The position numbers were made by a program, and so were the translations under genes. The notes below the pieces were generated by a model, which saw only the letters and a list, made by a program, of their open reading frames with translations, searched no databases and was not told the origin of the DNA. Positions 1 to 12,589 of a DNA stretch of 64,000 nt are shown one piece after another. Origin of the DNA: Chrysomallon squamiferum (taxonomy: Eukaryota; Animalia; Mollusca). Within the stretch, counting starts at the first letter, position 1. Each line of letters opens with the position of its first letter. The stretch lies in contig CM022677.1 in NCBI GenBank assembly GCA_012295275.1, positions 9,982,001 through 10,046,000 on the forward strand. Reading direction: 5' to 3'.

Positions 1-555
1 AACACTATTAGCAATAAACACATTTTTTAATAACTACCTATTCTGTAAAACAAAAACTTTGGCAAAGTATATGTAACTGCTCAAAGCTGAGCAAACATAA
101 ATTCCCTCAAACCAAAACATTTCTCATTCATTTGATTTATAAATATTATCTATACACATAAGTCTCTACATACCAGTTTAAAAATTTCCTAAGAAACTAG
201 AGTGAGCGCGTGAGTGTGTTTTTTTGAGTAGCATTTATAAGTTACGGCTTTGTAACGTCAGCACCTTTCAAACAATGGTTAATAAAGAGGAGAGGGAGAG
301 GATGATGGAGATGTACTTGAAAAGAGAAAAGAGGCTGACGAATCGTTCACCAAGTATAAATCTCAACACAAGTGATTAACAGTACCAGGCTTGTATACTA
401 ATATCTGTCTCAGTCACATGTTCTGCATTTGAATATATCTGTCTACAACATCACAGACAATAAAACTAGGGAGTTCACTCAAAATTTCAGACATACTGAA
501 TATCATTTCAGGTCTGGTTGTAGTCAATAAACCGTAAATAGTATCGTTCAGGTTC

Positions 556-2201
556 ATTACAAAATTACTTAAGTTATTAATTACAGCGACACCTATACTT
601 ACCACTATAATCTGAGAGAGGTAGATGGACAGTCAGACAGACAGACAGATAGATCGAGAGGTAGAGAGATAGACAGACAGACAGACAGAGAAAAAAGCCA
701 AAACTTGACTGAGTAATTAAAATGACCAATAAAAGAAAAGATGTGAAAAGCGAGGTTAATGTGATATTATAACGCAGGTACAAACAATTCCTTAATTTCA
801 TTTGCCTGTGAAATGTAAAAAATGCTATCTTCAATGTATCTAGCTGTCTATTATTCAACTACATACATAAACAACATCTCACTGATATCAACTTATCTAC
901 CTATCCTCTAAGCCAAACTCTTTCTTTTCTATGTGAGTGTGTGTGTGTGCGTGAGTCTGTCCGTAGATAATTGTTTCTTTCTATCAATAATACTATCTGA
1001 CATAACGACATTAACGACAAAAAACAAAAACAATAATTGCAATAATACTACATAAAATGATAAATAAAATAATAATTAAGAAAATACTGAAACAAGGGAG
1101 AAAGAAACGATTAAGAAAGGAAATAAAATGATTATTTCAGGCATATATTTATTATAAAGAATCATTAAATAGAAATAAACAAATAATGTATATATTTAAA
1201 TAAAATCATTTTAGTGAAATTAGTAAATTCAGTGATTGAACTATATTCAGGAGACTTAATATGTCACTAGTAATCTTCCGTTTCTTCTTAGTCTTTCTCG
1301 TTTACTGAAACAACAACAACAACAAATTTCTGTGTGATTTCTTTTTTCTTTTGTTTTTTTTCTTTTTTTTCTTTTTTTTTTTAAATTTTTGCTCAACACA
1401 CAGTCTTTTTTGTATATTTACCAACGTGTTAAATAGAGTTATTTCCCTTAGACCACGAACTTCTGAAATAGCTACTTCTCGCATCTGCGATGTGACGGTA
1501 AATTAGATTTGCTCATTTTTAGATAAAAAGAACTAATTCTGTATAATGTTTTGTAGCGGACAGAACCAACTTATTATCTTTTAAATAACCAGTTTCCTTT
1601 ATTTTTGGTTTATTTAATGTGTTATTATGATTTATTAAATCATTGTAAAATGTTTATTTCATTTAATGTTTTTCATTTAATATATTTTATTTATTTATTT
1701 TATTTATTTTAGGAAAGGCGCAGGTGTCAGGGTTTGATATGAACAACCATCCTTTTCAGTGTAAATCAGAAAAAGTTCAGAAAATAGACGTAAAATAATT
1801 GAATTTGAAAGTTTAAAAACTTCCGTGACCTCACGGAAACTTCCGATCGAAACCGAAGAACGCCGATCAGTATTTACAAACTTTTAAACACGTAGTGCTT
1901 TATAATGCAATCGATTCTATATGGATTATTAAAAGTAATTTGGGGAAGTATGTCATATAACCAATGCCTCTTATACACAGATTCCTATTACTGATTAGTA
2001 ATTGCTGCAAAGGTGGCAACATTCATGGAAACTGTTAAGTCTACGTCAGATTTTGTATTTCTTTTAAAGACTTGTTCAAAGACAGAGTTTTTCCAGATTT
2101 CGCTCCGTCACTTACAGTACAAGTCAGGTCAGTGCTGAAGATTCAGAGGAGTATTCAAAATTCTATGGATTTCAGCTTTGAAAAATATTAGTGTGGTATT
2201 T

Positions 2202-2244
<43 letters not shown>

Positions 2245-2625
2245 ATTTTCATCTTATGTTTCTGTTGCTTAACTTTAACATATTTTAATCTACTCAGTGC
2301 ATTCTTCTTGTTTAATATTAGAAAATCTTTCATAAAGAAATATTTTCACTTATTTTTATGAATTTAGATATAAAAGACAATATTTTCTTAAGTTGATCAA
2401 AATGTAAAATTTACGGTGATAATTTTTTGTAGATCTATATTTTTGTTTAAATTATTTGTTATTTACTATTAAATCGATTACAATAAGAGACAGATGATGT
2501 TTATTTATAATAATTTCTTTCTAACACTATAGACAATAAAACAATTGAAAAATAGTTATTATTTTATTAATTTTATTATTGTAACTGCAGGAAAGACATG
2601 ATTCTGGAATCAGCTCTTAACTTGA
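556..2625 (+). repeat. Recurrent multi-kb module, copy 1
   Basis: 556-2023 is the reverse complement of 12694-15920 once the solo LTR is removed. For example, 721-760 aatgaccaataaaagaaaagatgtgaaaagcgaggttaat pairs with 15748-15788. About 930-2625 is directly repeated at 61920-63950. Confidence 0.9.
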
Positions 2626-2929
2626 GAGCAACCATAAGTGATTTAAAGGAAAGGAGAGATGATTGGCAGATATGAGACTGACTGTCTGATGGGAGGTTAA
2701 CAGGTAAAGAGATAAACAGGAAAATATACAGAAAGAAAGAGGGAGATATCGATAGACTGACAGACTTTTAGATCAGTTGAAGTTAAATAGCTGTAGATGA
2801 ATTTAGGCAGATAGGTAAACATGACAATATCTACCTGTCTGTTCTGTATATTTGTCTTTCTGTCATGTTTGTGTGCCAGGTTGGGAGTGTAGACATACAG
2901 TAAAATACATAAATATACCTAGATAGGTA

Positions 2930-3930
2930 GGTAGATCAGTAGTTCAGTAGATATATGTAGCTAGTTAACTAATAGACACAGAGAGGCAAATATGGATGGT
3001 AATGTGGAAGACTGAATGTATATGGAGGTGTAGGTTTGCATAAGTTGGAGCAGAGAATAGTATATAAATGTGTATGGGAAGGAACATTTGCTTGTGTTTT
3101 TTTAACACTGTGAATATTCTGAGAGTATATGTGCAGAAACATTCAAAATAGAGGGAGATCTGAAGGTGGATACGTAGGTATGTAGACAAAGAGATGTTAT
3201 TGATGGTTATTGATATCATTGAATGGACAAGATAAAAGAAAAATAGACAGATACATAACGGTTAGGTAGATTGATTATGTTGATAAACTGAGAAAATGTA
3301 TAGATAGACATACATATAGAGATGTATATATATAGGTGATAACCACATGCATAAGCATAAGAAAATGAATGTTTGTGTGTGTGTGTGCCAGTGATAAGGA
3401 TGGCTAAATATGGGACTTGTGAATGAGAATTACAAATGGACAGTAACACAGAAAGATAGCTATGTAAAGTAGTTACAATTATTTAGGGAAGATGAATAGG
3501 TGTTTCGTGGATGGTTATTGATGGAATGTAATTTATTGGATACAGAAATATACATGTGTTAGTGATAAGGATGGCTAAATATGAGAACTGTGAATGAGTG
3601 TTCTAAATGGACAGTAAAATAGCTATGTAAAGTAGTTACAATTATTTAGGGAGATAGCCAGAAAGATGACTAGGTGATTCATGGATATAATCTAATATAG
3701 ATGGATAGAGAGGTGTGTGTGTGAGTGAGTTAAATTAGGCTAAATGATGAGGTTTAGATTTGGGGTTGGTTTACTTAGAGACAGGCATGTGTACTGGTGT
3801 AAGAATATAATGAGTATTTTTGTGTGGTTAGAGCGAGGGGATGTGTGAATGAAAATGCATTTATGTATATATATATTTGTTAGGTAAGCTATGTCTGCAA
3901 ATACTGGAGTGCATATGTAAGAAAGAGTGA
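2930..3930 (+). repeat. GATA/GA-rich interspersed repeat, inverted partner of 11600-12445
   Basis: 3421-3490 (gaatgagaattacaaatggacagtaacacagaaagatagctatgtaaagtagttacaattatttagggaa) matches the reverse complement of 11823-11893. There is an internal duplication, 3385-3510 vs 3555-3685. Confidence 0.8.
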
Positions 3931-4202
3931 GTATTTCTCCTTGTGAGCAAGATAGAGAATACATGCATGCTCAAAAAGGAGTGTTCTTTGTATAATACAC
4001 CCATTCTTCCCAAAAATATACAATTGTTTTTCGAAAATACCTTGAAATACATACACTTCTGTGTATACTCTGTTCTTCTGTCTTTCTATCTATATATAGA
4101 AAGGGCTATATATGGAAAAAGTAGCAGTATCCTATGTATCCACATTCTGTCTAACACACAGACGCATACTATTATAGAACCATACATGTTTACACACTAC
4201 AT

Positions 4203-6205
4203 CAGTGATTCCCAATGTTGGGCCTATGCTCCACTGGGGGGCAATTCAATAATAATAGGTGGGGGGGCAATATGAAAATATAGTAATATTAACATTGTTT
4301 TTTATTTTACACTATATGGATAAAAATTATAAATTTATAGGGTAAAATTATAATTACAACCTAGCTGAGCACAACAGCTTGTGCAGTCTAGTCAAGTGTT
4401 CACCCACTAATGTTATCATGCATCTGGCACCAGCTATATGCGTGGCTTCTGACTTGTTTAAGAAGGTGGGTTTTAGTCAGCTGCTCAACACTCCCACTGA
4501 AGCTAAAAAAACAGGAAACCAACTACAACCAAATTAAATGTGCATAATAAAGCATGGAAGCAGTATTGAATTAAACACAAATGCAAGTCTCATGTTGATA
4601 TAGTTATCTGTCTCTGTTTTTAGCTTCACTGAGAGGGCTGGTTAAAGTGCTTTTCATTATGATTACTAATCTTGTTATTCTCTGAAAATAATGTATAAAA
4701 ATAATCATTCATTGATCTTGTCACAGTAACATTAATTTAAAACTGTGAATATAAAGCTCAATATTTACTTGAAATGGCAACTGCATATTGACATTGTGCC
4801 TTGTATGTTACAGAAGTTATTTATTTTCCGAAGTATATAAATATTTTATTTTCACTTTCAGTTACCCCAGTGATGCATAAAATGAACAGTGTGCACGCCA
4901 AAAACAAAGTTTGCCAGTATTCAGATGAGTACTTGCTGTTTGGGTTCATACCAGCGACTCATGATGAAAGGTTGCCTTTCTGTCTGTTTGACTAATGAAT
5001 CCATGAAGAGATGTTGTCTCAAAAATCATTTGTAAATCATTTGAAGTATATAATCAAAACTGGAGTATTTTAGATCCCTAAAGGAGAAGTTTGAAAAAAG
5101 ATCAACAATAAATTCATTGTTCTCTGCAAGAAGTGCAAGCAAGGATCATGGTCTTGAGGCTAGTTACGAAATTTCTCTTCTCATAGCAAAATGTGGCAAA
5201 AATCATACAATAGGTGAGAATTTAATTAAGCCTGCAATATCAACTTTTCTGAAAGTAGTTCTTGAAAAAGATGACCAAGATCTCAAAAGCATGCCACTCA
5301 GTAATAATACTGTTAGTAGCAGGATTGATGAAATGAGTTGTGATATACAAGTACAACTTGTTGAAAAATTAAAATATACAAATTTTTCAATACGAATCAA
5401 CTGTAAGAGATAGTGAAGCTCTGTTAATGGCCTATGTAAGATATGTTGATAATGGAGAATTTATTGAGGATACGCTATTTTGCAAAGCATTAGAAACCAC
5501 CACTATTGCAATTGATATATATAAGAAATTAAAAACATATTTAGATGATAAGCAGATACCAATGGAGAACATTGTATCTTGTGCTGCAGACGGTGCTCCA
5601 GTGATGATGGGCAAGAAAAATGGAGTTTTAAAATTACTGAAAGACGACAATCCCCAAATGTTGTTAGTGCATTGTGTTATTCATAGACAGAATTTAGTTT
5701 CCAAAAAAGTTTCCCCTGTTCTAAACGAGACATTGAATGCAGTTATAAAATGCATCAACACTATAAAAGCTAATGCCAAGCAATTTTGCAAGGAACAAAA
5801 CGCAGACTATGTAAGATTATTACGTCATACTGATGTAGTGGGTTATCAAAGGGGAATTGCCTGAAAAGATTCATGGAATTATTTTGATATTCTTAGTGAG
5901 TTCTTGTATGACAAACCTTTTATGACTCTGCTACTGACAGTTGATGGTAAAGCACTTGTCAGTTATTTAGCAGATATATTTGAAAAACTCAATGTCTTAA
6001 ATAAGGAGCTCCAAGGAACAAATATGACTTGTTAATTCAAAGGCCAAGTTATTTGGCTTTATATTATTTCTGGAATTATCCCAAGAAAATATTTCTGTCA
6101 AAAAATTTGAACAATTAATTATCCATCTAGGATGAATCAGCCATTGCTAGTGGTTCTGTCAGATGTAACCATGTAGTATCAAGCAGAACTTTCAGAATTA
6201 CAAAA
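4203..6205 (+). mobile_element. Decayed hAT (Buster/Charlie, SCAND3/ZBED8/FAM200-like) DNA transposon, 3' truncated
   Basis: Begins with a Charlie-like terminus CAGTGATTCCCAATGTTGGG at 4203. Frameshifted transposase pieces span 4880-6200: QYSDEYLLFGF, HTIGENLIKPA, PLSNNTVSSRIDEM, MAYVRY, CAADGAPVMMG, HCVIHRQNL. Confidence 0.9.
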
Positions 6206-6463
6206 TGTTTGTCTCTGTATTTCTCTATCAGTATGTTCCTCTGTGGCTTTCTATTTATCTTTGTTTCTTTCTATCAGTCTATTTATCTGTCCTACAAACA
6301 ATCTGTCAGCCTGTCTAAGTTTTTATCTATCAAACTCTCTCTACCTCTGAGTCTCTCTGTCTCACTCATTTCCTGCATGCATAACAACTTTCAAAATCCA
6401 TATGTATCTTTCTGTTTGTCTGTTCATATATAACCCATACAAAAGTACTCTCATCATAAGCCA

Positions 6464-6523
<60 letters not shown>

Positions 6524-7155
6524 GATCTGTCCACATATAAATATAAAAGTCTCTACATTTCTGTTGACTCCTGAATAGCTGCTGAATTTTCTGACCTGAT
6601 TCTAATGTTAGCATAGTAAAAACAACAACAACACACACATATCTGTAATTTCACCTATTTTCTGCTTTATTTAGTTTTGAATGACACCCAACAGCGACAT
6701 TTATTTTTGTTCTGGATTGACATTTATCAGAAAGAAACAAAATTTTGCCTATAATGTGAAATAATAATAATAATAATAAATAATAATAATAATAAAGATG
6801 ATGATGATGATGATAATGATGACAACAATAATTATTATTGTTACGTTTGTGTATGTATTTATTTTATTATGATAATTTTAATTTTAATTTTGATTTATTT
6901 ATTTGTTTATTAATTAATTTATTTATTTATTTATAGTATTAATATTTTCAATCACTTAACTGCATCTTCATCTTTCAAGTTATTTTTCTACATTCTAATA
7001 ATTCAAATTCTTTTTATTTTATTATTTATTTATTTTTATTATTATTCTTTTTTTTTTACAAGCTAGTTATAATTCTTTTTATTATTATATTTCTTCTTTG
7101 TGTTTCTTGTTAAACATACATACATATATATTTTCCTCTTTTATTATTTACACAG

Positions 7156-8399
7156 AACTGACCTGGGTTTCACATCATTGAAAATGAAACAGCAGTCAGC
7201 ACCATCAACACCAGTACCACCATTAGACCTGAGAAAAACTGACATCACCACACCAACCACTGAAAACTCAAACTCCTGTGCCAAGAAACATCCAGATACA
7301 CTAGAAAAGAAACCAGAAACACCACCACCCATTGCCAGAGGTATTCAGTAAAAATAAAGTCTAAGAAAGAAAGTGACCAAACTGCTGAAACAACTCTGAC
7401 AAAAGAAAAGAAATTAGTTTCAAAACTTTCTTCCAGTAATGGTGACAGCATGGAAGATATGATCCAAAGCCGCAGAAAAAGTTTGACTCAACTGACTAAT
7501 CTTGTGAAACTGGAGTTTTTGTTGAAAGCAGCCAGACCAAGACTTAAACTGACACAAGCTTTACCACTTAGTCAGATTTTAGAATGTTTAAAAAATATTC
7601 AGGTAATTATGTCTGTAATTATGTCTGTAAATATGTCTTACTCTATCTGTCTGCCTCCCCATTGATTTATTTTATTTCTATCTCTCTCTGCTTTTCTGTA
7701 TTTCTTTCCTTGAAAATGTTCATATAAGTGTTTGTCTTTCTGAGAATCTGTCTATATATCTGTCTGTACTTACTATATACTTATATGTTTGTGTGCATTT
7801 CTTTCTGAGAATGTCTATATACCTATGTCTCTAATTAATATATACTTATCTGTTTGTCCTTCTATATGTCTTTATATTATTTCTTATTTATTCCTAATAT
7901 TACAACCTATTGAATAATTTAGCAGTCTGTATTTTCATTAGTTATTAACACCTTTATTTTTGTTTATTTACTTATTTTTAACTAGGTTTTGAATTTATCA
8001 GGAAACAGTTTTGGACCCGAGGCTTTCTGAGCTATGTGTTTGGCAATGTGTTCTAACACAACAGTGATCTTCCTTAGCCTCACCACCAACAAAACAGACA
8101 CTGAGAGTGCTGTGAGTAATCTTAGTTATAACTGTTATAAAATGTTTTATAATAATAATAATAATAGTAGTAGCGGTAGTAGTAGTAGTAATAATAATAA
8201 AACCCAGTAACAAGAAATTATTTTGTATTTATATATGTATAACTGTGAAAAACAAATTCTATCACTGAAAACAATAGTAACAGTGATTTTAACACACTAA
8301 AGCTATTACCAATAACTATTATATATCTATTTACCACTATGTCTGTTACTGCTATTTCTACTATTGTTAATTATATTATTTTTACTACCATTATTACAT

Positions 8400-8438
<39 letters not shown>

Positions 8439-8966
8439 TTACTACTACTACTACTACTACTACTACTACCACTACCACTGTGGTGGCTCCAGTTATTTAC
8501 TACCTCTTCTTGACGTATTTACTAGTAGTATACGACTTAAGCTAATTCTACCACAGTTACAACTAGTACAATTACTACTAATACTACAACTATTACCACT
8601 ATTACTACTAATACTACAACTATTACCACTATTACTATTACTAGTACTATTAATACAAAAACTATTACTTCTAATATTGTTATCACTAACAGCACAACTA
8701 CGAATTCTGCTGCTGCTGTTACTACCACTACAACTACTACAGCTGCTACTAGTTACCAATACTAAAAAAAACTACTGCTGTGACAATTACTACAACCAAC
8801 AGTACCACTGTTCTACTAGTTCTATAGCTAGTATTACTACAACTACTGCTACAGCTGTTGATACTGTTACTACTTTAAAACATTATGATGTCTTCTACTA
8901 ACTACATTTTAATAATAACAAAAATATTATTTTCTGCTTATGTAGATACTACATATTGTAAATTAC

Positions 8967-9000
<34 letters not shown>

Positions 9001-9990
9001 GTTTTTATTTTTTTTTAATGACCAGCTGGGATCATTAAATCATGTACTCAGTTTTTGTCTACTGTTTTCAATCAGCTTTTCATCTGAATAATGCAAAAGT
9101 TAACAACCAAACACTTACTGTTGATGGTTAATTTAGATTTGTATATTATTATATCTTATTAATCTCTCTGTCTCTCTCTCTATATATATCTCTCTTACAC
9201 ACATGTGAATTTCATTTTCTAACTATTTAGATTTGACAAATTTCTCATTATTTTATTTTTCTTCTTTTTTTTTTCTTTTTTTTCTGCTGATAGTTAAAAT
9301 ACAGTTGCCAAGTTTCTTGATACTATTTTTCATTTACTTCAGATATTCCAGAATCCAAACCAGACACAAGTTCTCTGCAGGAAATAAGTCTGAACTCCAG
9401 TTGTTTATTAGGTATGTGTATTAAACATGTAAAAACTGCTTGTTTCTTTTTTGTCTTTGTCCTCTCTCTTTGTTACACATACTTTCTCTCTGTATATTTT
9501 TCTACCTCATTCTACTTAACACTCTCTCTTTCTTCTCTGTATTTTCTGTGTGTCTTTGTCTGGCACCTCAGTGTATTTGTTATCTGTTGTTGGTATTTAG
9601 GGTTAGTTTGTGTGTTTGTTTCTGAGTTTCTGTCTGTCTATGTGTGTATATGTATGTGTATTTGCTAGCTTTTTCTCTGTGTGTTTCCGTTGTAGTATGT
9701 ATTTGAAAGATGAATGATTTTTTTTTTTCATTTTTTCAAGATGAATCGAATCAAAGTTCTGTTGAAAGGCTGGCATTCAGCATGAACGAAGCTGACAGAC
9801 TACAAAGAAACTGGCCACAGAGAAATTTACGAACTTGAACTATATCAATTTAAGAAAAGCAAAAATAAACTCTTGTTCTTTGGACAATTGCATTTGTTGA
9901 TGTCACTGATTCAGCAAGCAACCATTAACTTAGATGGGTCGAGATTGGCTGATACAGATGCAGTGAAAGCCATTTCTAGTCAATAGTAGC
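7156..9990 (+). pseudogene. Multi-exon fragment of a leucine-rich-repeat (RI/NLRC3-like LRR) gene
   Basis: AG/GT-bounded exons at 7156-7602, 7986-8111, 9343-9411 and 9741-~9990. Exon 1-2 junction reads LKNIQ|VLNLSGNSFGPEAF*AMCLAMCSNTTVIFLSL, and exon 3 reads SLQEISLNSSCL. There is a frameshift at ~7340, a TGA at 8028-8030, and a phase mismatch between exons 2 and 3. Confidence 0.7.
8330..8880. repeat. (ACT)n microsatellite and derived low-complexity tract in an intron
   Basis: Near-pure (tac)n at 8401-8470, plus degenerate and locally duplicated ACT-rich units. Confidence 0.85.
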
Positions 9991-10164
9991 CATTTGATTC
10001 AGATATTAATGTGTGTGTGTGTGTGTGTGTGTCTGTCTGTCAGCAATAGTGATAATTGTACTACTCATGTAATAGTGTGTGTGTGTGAGTGAGTGAGTGA
10101 GTGAGTGTGTGTGTGTATCAGCAATAGTGATAATTGCTACTCGGATATTATTTGGGTGTGTGTG

Positions 10165-11167
10165 GTGTTGTCCCATCTTATCGAATCCCGTTTTGTTGAA
10201 ATTAATACAGAAATAACAACCTGACTCTATCTTGCTACTGAATGGGTTAATAAAATGTGGTAAATGTATTATTTGTTTTGTGTCTTGTGTGGTCTTTTAT
10301 TTCTTGAAACTTTGTTAATCCTCCTGTGTTTCACAAATTGTTTTGTTTAACCTATTAATCCAATCTTCTCTGTCAGTTAAAAACAATCAAATCTTGTGCT
10401 ATCTTTCTTTAAAAATTGGCTAATCTTCCTTTGTTTTACATTGTTTTGGTTAGTCTATTGATCCAATCTTCCCGGGCTTGTTTAACATTTTCAAATTGCA
10501 CCCTGTGTCTTGTTTTATTTATTTAATCACCCACCTGATAACCAGACTGACATTCGTTTCATGAGCAGCATCTGCAAGCAGGTGAGAGACAAAATCACAC
10601 AACAGATCTACAACGATGAGATTGCCCACCACGATGACAACAGCGTTCTCGCCTTGCCTACCTTCCAGTGTGAAGAGCGCCTTGTACTGTCATCGTAAAA
10701 CCACCATCCCCATCCTCCCAGCCTCCAGAGAAGCACCCTGGACACAAACACAAGATGCTTCCTCTTGTTCACAGCTGGAGATGCTGACAAAATGGTTCTC
10801 AACTGATGATCAGCTCAGAGATTTACAGACAGCTGAGACAATCTACATGGACAGGACGTTCTCCTCTTGCCCTGGTTTGTGGAACCAGTTTTACATTGTG
10901 CATGGATTCTTTGGTTCCCCCCCAACAGCACTCTACCCCACCAGCACCCCAACATCCACAAATTTGTAGACCTCATCCAAGGAAGCCAAAAGGATTCAGA
11001 TACAGTTTGGAGGTGCTAGGATGTCTCAAGAGACAGTTGTAGGCTGGAGCGAAGACACCTCTCCAGTGCCTCGATGCAGCTGGACACCTCGTGAAACTTG
11101 AACTTTGTAATTCGGTTGATCATAATGTATCTGAACACAGTGTGCCTTTGACAAGATGGGATAGAAC
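10165..11167 (+). mobile_element. Internally deleted MULE (FLYWCH-type Mutator) element with short TIRs
   Basis: Left end gtgttgtcccatcttatcgaa matches the reverse complement of the right end, gttctatcccatcttgtcaa. Transposase remnant at 10520-10910: NHPPD, LPTF, SVKSALYCHRKTTIPILP, FSTDDQLRDLQTAETIYMDRTFSSCPGLWNQFYIVHG. Confidence 0.85.
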
Positions 11168-11599
11168 TGTGTGTGTGTGTGTGTCAGCAATACTGATAAT
11201 TGCTACTACTCAGGTAATAGTATGTGTGAGTGAGTGTATTAGCAATAGTGATAATTGCTACTCTTATAATAGTGTGTGTATTAAGAAATATTTGGTTATC
11301 AGTTTATATGTTTAAATGCTTTGTACAAAAGCACACTATGTTTCACACATTTATACACACATATACACAGACACATATACATCAATTTATCCATGATATC
11401 TGTATATATCTATCTATATTTTTACCTAATTATTGGCTACCTAACCTTCAATCTATCTCTCAAGTGATCAATATGTCTATCTCTATATCAATCTATCTCA
11501 CCTTCTCAGTTACACACACACACACACACACACACGTACATATACTCCCTGTATTTACATCCTTTTTAATTAATTAAATACACTCTTTCTATGTATTTG

Positions 11600-12445
11600 T
11601 CTATCTATAAATATATTTATCTATCTATTTATCCCATATACATAAGCAACAGACTCAGTCTTTCTTACAGTTGTGCAGGTATATATATATACTCATGCCT
11701 CCTAGCATCTATCTAGCTATCTTTATATATCTCTATCCTCCACCAAACTTTAAGTAAATGAATCCATCTACATTATATTCCATCAGTAACTATCCATGCA
11801 TCCATGTACACCTTCCTGGCTATTTCCCTAAATAATTGTAACTACTTTACATAGCTATCTTTCTCTGTTACTGTCCATTTATAACTCTCATTCACAATTC
11901 CCATATTTAGCCATCTTTATCACTGGCACACACACACATGCACACACACACACTTTTCTTATGCATATGCATATGGTTATCACCTATCTACCTATCTCTG
12001 TACATCTCTATAGGTATATCTATCTACACAATTTCTCAGTCTATCAATGCAATCAATCTAACTAACAGTTGTCGATTTTTCTTTTATCTTGTCCATCCAT
12101 TGACATTAATAACCATCAACAACATCTATCAGTCATTTAAACATCACCTTGCCTACATACTTTCATATCCACATTCAAATATTCCTATTTTTTTGTATGT
12201 TTGCACACAAATATACTCAATATATTTACACGGTTCAAAAAACACAAGCAAATTTCCTTACCATAAGCATTTATATACTATTCCCGGCTCCAACTTATGC
12301 ATACCTACACTGAGAAGTACACCTGTTTGTGTGTTTGCTACAGATATATATATACACACATTCGTTATTGTACATTACAATCCATACTTGCCTACACCTA
12401 TCTGTCTCTGTGTCTTCTGTCTATTAGATAACTATCTACATATAT
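11600..12445 (-). repeat. TATC/TC-rich repeat, inverted partner of 2930-3930
   Basis: Colinear reverse-complement matches to 2930-3930. Confidence 0.8.
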
Positions 12446-12500
12446 CCACATTATGGTAATATTCATCCGCCAATGAGTGAAAATTATTTATTTTATTTTA

Positions 12501-12589
<89 letters not shown>

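Noticed and set aside
1821-1838. 8-bp-stem palindrome as a Helitron 3' hairpin
   Set aside because: Not followed by a CTRR terminus, and homology between copies continues on both sides.
8339-9091. Thr-, Ser-, Val- and Leu-rich ORFs (mucin or signal-peptide look-alikes)
   Set aside because: Translations of ACT/ATT microsatellites within an intron.
11230-12459. 115-aa and 173-aa ORFs
   Set aside because: Products of TATC/CA-rich repeat sequence with no motifs.
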